The notes beneath the pieces were generated by a model. That model saw only the letters and a list, made by a program, of their open reading frames with translations. It did not search any database and was not told the origin of the DNA. Position numbers and translations under genes: made by a program. This document shows, piece by piece, positions 57,681-64,000 of a stretch of DNA of 64,000 bases. Each line of letters starts with the position of its first letter. Position 1 is the first letter of the stretch. Source of the DNA: a bacterium (GTDB lineage Bacteria > Zhuqueibacterota > Zhuqueibacteria > Residuimicrobiales > Krinioviventaceae); the NCBI GenBank assembly GCA_963693055.1, contig OY843751.1, positions 6,432,001 to 6,496,000 of the forward strand, written 5' to 3'.

Positions 57681-58808
57681 TTGAACGTTCACGAGATATA
57701 GTCAAAGTCCATTTTACGGAAACAAAAGAAAATTGAATTCTGGTTTTTGAGTTACTATGGTATGAATCTGTACAGAGGATGTACGCACAACTGTTCTTAT
57801 TGCGATGGCAGGGCAGAAGGATATTATGTGGAAGGTGAGTTTGGCTGTGATATCAGCGTAAAAATCAATGCGCTGGAATTGTTAACACGCGAGTTGGATC
57901 CCTCCCGAAAGCGCAAGCCTATGAAGCGCAGTTTTGTGCTGCTCGGCGGGGGAGTCGGTGACAGTTATCAGCTTATTGAAAAAAAGTATCAATTGGCACG
58001 GGGGGCGTTGGAACTGATAGAACACTTTGATCATCCCGTGCATGTGCTGACCAAATCCACATTGGTCGAGCGGGACATGGATATTTTACTCCGTATCCAT
58101 GAGAAACAGCGAACGCTTTTGAGCATGAGTTTTTCATCTGTGGATGAAGAGATTAGTCGAATATTTGAACCGGGTGTACCGTCGCCAACCAAACGATTAG
58201 CGACTCTGAAAAAGTTTAAAGAACAGGGTGTGATATGCGGCATGTATCTGCTGCCGGTCATACCCTTTATTACAGATTCTGAAGAGCAGATTGACAGGTC
58301 CGTCAAGGCTGCGGCAGATGCAGGATTGGATTACATTCATTTTGGCGGTATGACGCTCAAAGATGGACGCCAGCGACAGTATTTTGAATCTGTGATTGAA
58401 AGGCATTATCCAGAGGAACTTGGGAAATATCGTAAAATCTACACGGGGGACCGTTGGGGCCAGGCAATTGGTAAATATTATGACTGGATCCATAAAAGCC
58501 TGCTCAAAGCAGCCAAAGAACACAATATACCACTACGAGTACCTAAACCGGTGTTCGATGATATTTTAGATGAAACAGATACTGTCATTGTAATGCTGGA
58601 GCAAATGGATTACATGCTGCGCTTGAAAGGTGAAAAGGGTCCATATGGATACGCGGCATGGTCTCTTGCAAAAGCAGGAGAACCGGTATCGGAAATAATA
58701 AACAATTTGGAAAGCATCAAGGGGATCAATGCCAAAGCGGCATCGGTAATACGAGAGATTTTGGAAACCGGAAACGCAAAGGCGTATTTACAATCTATGG
58801 AATTGTAA
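57681..58808 (+). CDS. SPL-like radical SAM protein with a C-terminal HhH (PolX N-terminal-like) domain; in-frame TAG at codon 7
   Basis: NLYRGCTHNCSYC, DSYQ, LTKS..V.RD, FEPGV; C-terminal YAAWSL..LESIKGI..IREILETG. GGAG + TTG at 57681 gives LNVHEI*SKSILRK in frame with ORF 57747. Confidence 0.75.
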
Positions 58809-58827
58809 ATACGCCGGAAAAAGTCAA

Positions 58828-60066
58828 TTATATCAATAATTCTTTGATTGCAAAATATGTGGTCATGAGTGAAAACAGAATAACCGCAATAATGCCGATT
58901 TTCATTTTCAGGTTTGCAGTGTGTTTTTGCATCAAGGATGATCGGGTGATGAGCATATATATAGGAATAGCTACAGCCGGTAAAATACACGCTTGAAACG
59001 CTTGTGAAAATACCATCAATGCGGGGGGGCGCTGTTCCAGGAAAATTCGTCCCAATCCAAACAAAATACCGACAAGCATGAGTGTTCGATACATGGGCGA
59101 ATGGATGTCGCGCGGTTTGCCGGTATAATCGCTAATGAGCCAGGGAGCAATCAACACAATGGGGAATACGGTTGAAAGGCCCGCGCCGGTGATTCCCAAT
59201 ATCAGAACAAAAGCCGCAAATTTGCCACCGAGGGGTTGAAACATGTGGATCATTTCTACAGTATCATCCAGTTTTAAACCCATAATGTGTAGCGTACCCG
59301 CGGATACCGCCATAATAATACCACTGAGAAACAACATCATTGCTGCAGATACAAAGGCGTCTTTTTTCTCGTTTTTCAAGTGACTCAGGTTCCAGCCCTT
59401 TTCCGCAACAACCGTACTACGCATAATAAAAACTGCAGCCGAACAGGTGGTGCCAGCCATGGCGGCTACCAATCCCATTGCACCGGGTGTGCTGGGAATA
59501 CCGGGTATCATACCTTTTGCAATTGCCGCAAAACTGGGTTTAACCATAAAAAATACAACCAGAAAACAGAGTCCCATTAATATTACAAAAGCAGTCAATA
59601 CTTTTTCAAAGACCTGGTAACGACCAAACCATAACAACGCATAGAGACCAATTATGAGTGTTACAATGAACCAGGCAATGTGAGGTGTGCCCCAGCCCAA
59701 TAATCTGACACCTTCCTGAAGCAGATCTGCAACAATGCCCAGTACACCCATTAATGCCAGCAGTTCACCAATAATTAATGCTGCCATAATGTACAGGGCC
59801 AGAATGTTGCCATATTTGAATTGAGTTTTTATATTGTACAAAGCAGTATGTCCGGTAACCAGAGTGACCTGTCCATAGGCTACCATGAGGATATAGGTAA
59901 AAACGCACGAGAGGATCAAAGCCCAGAACAGGGTCATACCGTGTTCCGCACCTGATTTTGCCATGGTGGTTACACTGCCGGTCCCAATGTTATAACCGAT
60001 CAAAAACAGCCCCGGTCCCACAGCACTTAGAGCAATAATAATTTTTTTTAGAATGGGATTTTTCAT
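58828..60066 (-). CDS. NRAMP-related (YcsG-like) APC-superfamily transporter
   Basis: GPGLFLIGYNIGTGSVTT, GTT; about 11 TM; lacks the canonical DPGN. Confidence 0.75.
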   Translation of the reverse strand: MKNPILKKIIIALSAVGPGLFLIGYNIGTGSVTTMAKSGAEHGMTLFWALILSCVFTYILMVAYGQVTLVTGHTALYNIKTQFKYGNILALYIMAALIIGELLALMGVLGIVADLLQEGVRLLGWGTPHIAWFIVTLIIGLYALLWFGRYQVFEKVLTAFVILMGLCFLVVFFMVKPSFAAIAKGMIPGIPSTPGAMGLVAAMAGTTCSAAVFIMRSTVVAEKGWNLSHLKNEKKDAFVSAAMMLFLSGIIMAVSAGTLHIMGLKLDDTVEMIHMFQPLGGKFAAFVLILGITGAGLSTVFPIVLIAPWLISDYTGKPRDIHSPMYRTLMLVGILFGLGRIFLEQRPPALMVFSQAFQACILPAVAIPIYMLITRSSLMQKHTANLKMKIGIIAVILFSLMTTYFAIKELLI

Positions 60067-60094
60067 AACACACCTTATGATAAAGGTTAGAATT

Positions 60095-60133
60095 GAACAC
60101 GAATAAAACGAAAGACACGAATTTTCACGAATT
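60095..60133. repeat. CACGAA-type repeat arm downstream of the GxxExxY gene
   Basis: GAACACGAATAAAACGAAAGACACGAATTTTCACGAATT; inverse of the arm at 60572-60607. Confidence 0.65.
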
Positions 60134-60518
60134 AAATTTTTAGAGATTTTTTGTCATTTGTGAAAATTTTTCTAACATATTCAGGCTTTTTACCAAAATT
60201 TAATAATAAACCAAGTTCAATATGACTTGCTCTTAGATAATTAATTAACTGGTATTCATGCGCTGAACATAATTTTTCACAAACTTAAAGTTCTAAAATA
60301 ATTTTATTTTCAACCAGTATATCAGCATAGTATTCACCAATTGATATACCCTCGTAAATCACATTGATCTTTTTTTGCTGTTCGATTCCGAGTCCCTTTT
60401 TTTGCAATTCTATGATCATTGCATTTTCGTATACTTTTTCAAGGAACCCATATCCAAGTTTGTTATTCACCGTATAAAAAGAATGGATAATTTGATTCGA
60501 TAACTCCTGATAAAGCAT
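60132..60518 (-). pseudogene. GxxExxY (PD-(D/E)xK-like) protein with an in-frame TAA
   Basis: LGYGFLEKVYENA, ADILVE..IILEL*, then in frame VCEKLCSAHEYQLINYLRASHIELGLLLNFG...KI*. The stop replaces the K of the ExK motif. Confidence 0.88.
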
Positions 60519-60571
60519 GTTTCCCCCAGATTGGAATTAATTAAATCAAAAAAGTATGATAGTTTAGAAAG

Positions 60572-60636
60572 ATTCGTGTAAATTTGTGTTTATTGTGTCA
60601 TTCGTGACATATCTTATATAGAACACGAATGACACA
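60572..60636. repeat. CACGAA-type repeat arm upstream of the GxxExxY gene, with a local 13-bp inverted repeat
   Basis: ATTCGTGTAAATTTGTGTTTATTGTGTCATTCGTG; TGTGTCATTCGTG (60594-60606) / CACGAATGACACA (60624-60636). Confidence 0.65.
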
Positions 60637-60648
60637 TATTGAGAAAGA

Positions 60649-61485
60649 TTACTTTTCAAAGATTTTTGCCATATATTCCTGGCAGATACCTTCTTTGGCC
60701 ATCATGCGTTTGATGCCGCTAACAACGCTAAAATAGCCGCCAATCTTGTTATATTCAGATTGGCGTTCTACAAGTTTTTTCTGTAATTGTTTTGCCTTGT
60801 CCCAATCTCCGGCAGTTCCTGCGTCAAAAATTTCATTACACAATTCCGGATACAAATGCCCAATGCTGGCAACGCTGCCATTACAACCGCGTTTTAAACC
60901 TTCATAGATAAGTGTTTCTTCACCCATAAAGACTTTGTAATCATCGGTTTTACATTCTTTGACCAGACTTTCAAAATACTCAAGATCTCCACTGCTGTCT
61001 TTGATGCCTACAACATTGGGATGCCCTACAAATTTTTTGGCAACTGAAACAGGAATCTTTTTACCATTAAATTGAGGAATACTGTACAGCATGAGTGGTA
61101 ATTTACTATATTCTACAATGGTTGTAAAAAAGTGTTCGATCATTTCATCTGTCATGGGGAAATATGGAGGGAGCTGAAGTGAAACAATATCTGCTCCCGA
61201 ATCATATGCTTTGTCTGCAAAATCTAACACATCTTCATATGCACATGCCCCAATGCCGGCAATGACCGGAACTTTTTTGTCTACTGCTTTGATAACTGTA
61301 TCAATGGCTTCAAGCCTTACCTTTACGGGCAATGCAAGAAATTCACCGGTTGATCCGGCTACATAAAAACTGTTCACATTATCGATCAATTTATCGATGA
61401 TTTGGTTCATGGCCTCTGCATCAAACTCCCGTTCCTTTGTCAGCGGGGTCACCAAGGGTACCATGAGGCCCTGTAATTTGGACAT
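60649..61485 (-). CDS. DHDPS/NAL-family class I aldolase
   Basis: PLVTP, GSTGEF, PVIAG, PPYF, LYSIP, GIKDSSGD. Confidence 0.88.
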   Translation of the reverse strand: MSKLQGLMVPLVTPLTKEREFDAEAMNQIIDKLIDNVNSFYVAGSTGEFLALPVKVRLEAIDTVIKAVDKKVPVIAGIGACAYEDVLDFADKAYDSGADIVSLQLPPYFPMTDEMIEHFFTTIVEYSKLPLMLYSIPQFNGKKIPVSVAKKFVGHPNVVGIKDSSGDLEYFESLVKECKTDDYKVFMGEETLIYEGLKRGCNGSVASIGHLYPELCNEIFDAGTAGDWDKAKQLQKKLVERQSEYNKIGGYFSVVSGIKRMMAKEGICQEYMAKIFEK

Positions 61486-61678
61486 AAAACTTTCCCTTTC
61501 CGATTATTTTTTATTTATAACATATTATTTTTCGGCATCTTAATCAAGCAGTTTTTTTCGCAAAAACGGCAATTAAATATAATTTGTGAAAATTGTATCA
61601 CTTTTGAAATATTTAATACATTTAATTGTTATATTTTTTACAATTTAGGATATGAAATATAATAGTTTAGGAGGAAAA

Positions 61679-62158
61679 ATGAAATCGAAATTTTTTATTA
61701 TTCTGGCGCAGGTCGTTTTATTTCTGGGAATTCACTCATCTGCTGTAATGGCCCATTGTGAGATTCCTTGTGGTATATATAATGACGAATTGCGTGTAAA
61801 GTTGATCATGGAACATGCTACAACTATAGAAAAATCAATGAACCAGATTGTACAATTGTCAGGAGAAACACCAATTAATTATAATCAACTTGTTCGTTGG
61901 GTTACCAATAAGGAAGATCATGCAAACAAGGTACAGGATATTGTAAGTCAGTATTTTATGACTCAGCGAATCAAACCGGAGCAGGAAAAGTATACTGAAA
62001 AAGTTACGCTTTTGCACCAGATGCTTGTGACTGCTATGAAATGTAAACAAACAACGGAATTGAGTAATGTTGAAAAGTTACGCGAGTTGACTGATAAATT
62101 CAGTGAATTGTATTTTGATGCAGCAGCAAAAGAACACATGAAAGAACATAAACACTAA
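61679..62158 (+). CDS. sodN: Nickel superoxide dismutase with signal peptide
   Basis: Ni-hook HCEIPCGIY immediately after AVMA; NQLVRWV.NKEDHA; YFMTQRIKP. Confidence 0.9.
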   Translation: MKSKFFIILAQVVLFLGIHSSAVMAHCEIPCGIYNDELRVKLIMEHATTIEKSMNQIVQLSGETPINYNQLVRWVTNKEDHANKVQDIVSQYFMTQRIKPEQEKYTEKVTLLHQMLVTAMKCKQTTELSNVEKLRELTDKFSELYFDAAAKEHMKEHKH

Positions 62159-62169
62159 AAGCTTGATTC

Positions 62170-62200
62170 ATCCCGGTAGTTTATAACTGCCGGGATTTTT
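62170..62200 (+). terminator. Rho-independent terminator
   Basis: ATCCCGGTAGT/ACTGCCGGGAT followed by TTTT. Confidence 0.75.
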
Positions 62201-62838
62201 TATTTATGAAAGGTATACTCTTCTTTAACCTTCATATCTCCACTTTCAAAGTGCACCGTCTGATCTCTCAGCAATAAAAGCCCTGATTTCGGGTCTATTA
62301 CTAGTTCTGTTGCTGCTAAAAGAACATTATCCACAAATACATCAAAGGTAATTGCGTCAACATTCTTTTCCGCGTTTTGAACATTTGCAACTGTTACCCA
62401 TTGTTTTACGGTGCTATCGGTTTTGTCAGGTTGTTTGCCAAAATGCATTACAGCAATGTTGTGCAACAATCACATTCTAGTCAGGCTAATAATCGAACCC
62501 TGATTTAAATAAGGTGGTGTTTGCACGCTGATCTTGTTATTGCTATTGCTGACATCCATTTTTGATCCGTTAGACAATAGTTCAAGGTTGAGGGGTTCGC
62601 CAGTAAATTCACCCTTGGCAGAAAAACTCACCCGGTTATAGGATTTTAGCAGCATTGTGCCTTTTGCATTTGCTTCAATTGCACCTGTTGCGGTTATATT
62701 GAAATCGATTTTAATGGAATCTGTTTCCAGCAGGTTGATTTCGAGTGCGTTCAAGCAAAGTTTGGTGGAATTGTTTCCATTTGCAAATACCAGGGATGCA
62801 AAAATCAAAAAGACTAATAATATTATACGGATTTTCAT
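62200..62838 (-). pseudogene. Secreted hypothetical protein split by one in-frame TGA
   Basis: ORFs 62470..62838 and 62200..62469 are contiguous and in frame (…SLTRM*LLHNIAV…). Confidence 0.65.
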
Positions 62839-64000
62839 GAGACGCTCTTTTTATTTATCTGTTTTAATATAAAATAGAGAGGAACACCTATGGCAACATT
62901 CAACAACGCAATTCCGGATTCCTGGGGTCTTGTAATGAGAGATAACAGTAATATGATCAAAGACAATGAAACAAAAAAGATCAGGGTGTATGGATACCCC
63001 GGCATTTTTAAAGCAGCCCCTTGTTTGCGCAATTTTACCAAGCCCATTGCTGTAAGAACGGGAAAGAGACCCAGCGAAAAGCCCATATATGTCAGGATCT
63101 GATCAAAGGATCCTGTCATGACATAAAGAATGGCGATTGCGCTTTGTAATAGAATTGCCGCAACCGGAACGCCGGTTTTGGGGTGCACCTGTGCAAAGAA
63201 TCTGAAAAAAAGTCCGTCTGTGGCCATTGCATAGTAAACCCGGGGACCCAGTATAATAAACGCGCTAAGTGAAGAAAAGAGAGCAAACGCAATTAACGCG
63301 GAAACAGTACGCTCCGCGGCTTTTCCGAATATGCTGCCGGCAGCCAATCCGGCAATGGATATAACACCACTCATTTCCTGTGGCGACAGCGCGTAAATGT
63401 AAAAAGCATTTATCAACAGATACAATGCAACAACGATAGCAGTCCCGGAAATGAGTGAGCGCGGCAGGTTTTTATGAGGATCAGTGATTTCTGATCCAAT
63501 ATAAGTTGCAGCATTCCAACCACTGTAAGCGAACATGATCCACATGAGCGATAATCCTGCATTTTTTATTGTGGCAAGTTTGAATGTGATCTGGGGGCTC
63601 TGAATGAAATGATTCAAAGAACCGCTTCCCGCAGTGAATCCCATAATGATCAAACCGGCTAACAGACCGATTTTGAAAAGTGTTAATCCGTTTTGGACGC
63701 GGGTCCCGAATTCTATTCCTTTTGCGTGGACCAGAGTAAAGACAAGGATGATCAGTATGGCAATCCCTTTTTCTAATGTATCTGCTGAGACCGGGAAGAC
63801 AATGTTGATTTGTTCTGTCATGCCCGGAACTGCCCTTGAAAGATATGCTGAAAATCCAATTGCGGAAGCGGCAATAGGCGCTGAAAAACCGGCAACCAAA
63901 GAAATCCACCCGCTTAAAAATCCGGGCAGGGGATGATAGAGTTCGGAAAGGAAACGGTATTCTCCGCCGGCTTGGGGAAATGCCGCACCCAGTTCAGCAT
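62835..64000 (-). CDS. APC-family amino acid permease (partial, runs off the right edge)
   Basis: AELGAAFPQAGGEY at the edge; FAYSGWNAATY..EI.DP.KNLPRSL; GPRVYYAMA.DGLFF; PGYP. Confidence 0.9.
   Translation of the reverse strand, partial: AELGAAFPQAGGEYRFLSELYHPLPGFLSGWISLVAGFSAPIAASAIGFSAYLSRAVPGMTEQINIVFPVSADTLEKGIAILIILVFTLVHAKGIEFGTRVQNGLTLFKIGLLAGLIIMGFTAGSGSLNHFIQSPQITFKLATIKNAGLSLMWIMFAYSGWNAATYIGSEITDPHKNLPRSLISGTAIVVALYLLINAFYIYALSPQEMSGVISIAGLAAGSIFGKAAERTVSALIAFALFSSLSAFIILGPRVYYAMATDGLFFRFFAQVHPKTGVPVAAILLQSAIAILYVMTGSFDQILTYMGFSLGLFPVLTAMGLVKLRKQGAALKMPGYPYTLIFFVSLSLIILLLSLITRPQESGIALLNVAIGVPLYFILKQINKKSVS

Noticed and set aside
10322-62472. Stop-codon reassignment suggested by four in-frame stops
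   Set aside because: The stops are of all three types, and each type also terminates many intact genes in the window.
1-64000. tRNA, rRNA, tmRNA or prophage genes
   Set aside because: No cloverleaf or T-loop signature, rRNA-like segment or phage structural gene was recognised by eye.

Overview
Bacterial genomic window, probably from an FCB-group organism such as KSB1 or Calditrichota. This is inferred from the 'QNYPNPFNP' C-terminal sorting domain and the many Tat-exported Gfo/Idh/MocA proteins. Most of the window is a large glycan and uronate catabolism region: 2x GH28, a PL22-like lyase, GH39, a sulfatase, DUF1080 proteins, six Tat Gfo/Idh/MocA oxidoreductases, a HEAT protein, a CE6/SASA-GH43 fusion and BNR proteins. 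There are three accessory patches. (1) At 7.9-13 kb are two tandem units, each made of a sigma70 promoter, a ~150-nt near-identical structured leader with candidate uORFs, a highly diverged outer-membrane beta-barrel gene and a truncated secreted-protein gene. These are followed by a REP-flanked RAYT pseudogene and an IS1182 inserted into the loop of another palindrome. (2) At 47.3-51.7 kb an AT-rich ABC three-component (Lamassu-type) defence operon is enclosed by a pair of short inverted arms; an apparently empty version of the arm pair is at 16.2 kb. (3) At 60.1-60.6 kb a GxxExxY pseudogene is bracketed by inverted CACGAA-type repeats. The best candidate for an undescribed system is the duplicated promoter / leader RNA / uORF / beta-barrel / cargo module. 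All assignments are by eye from motifs; no searches were run.
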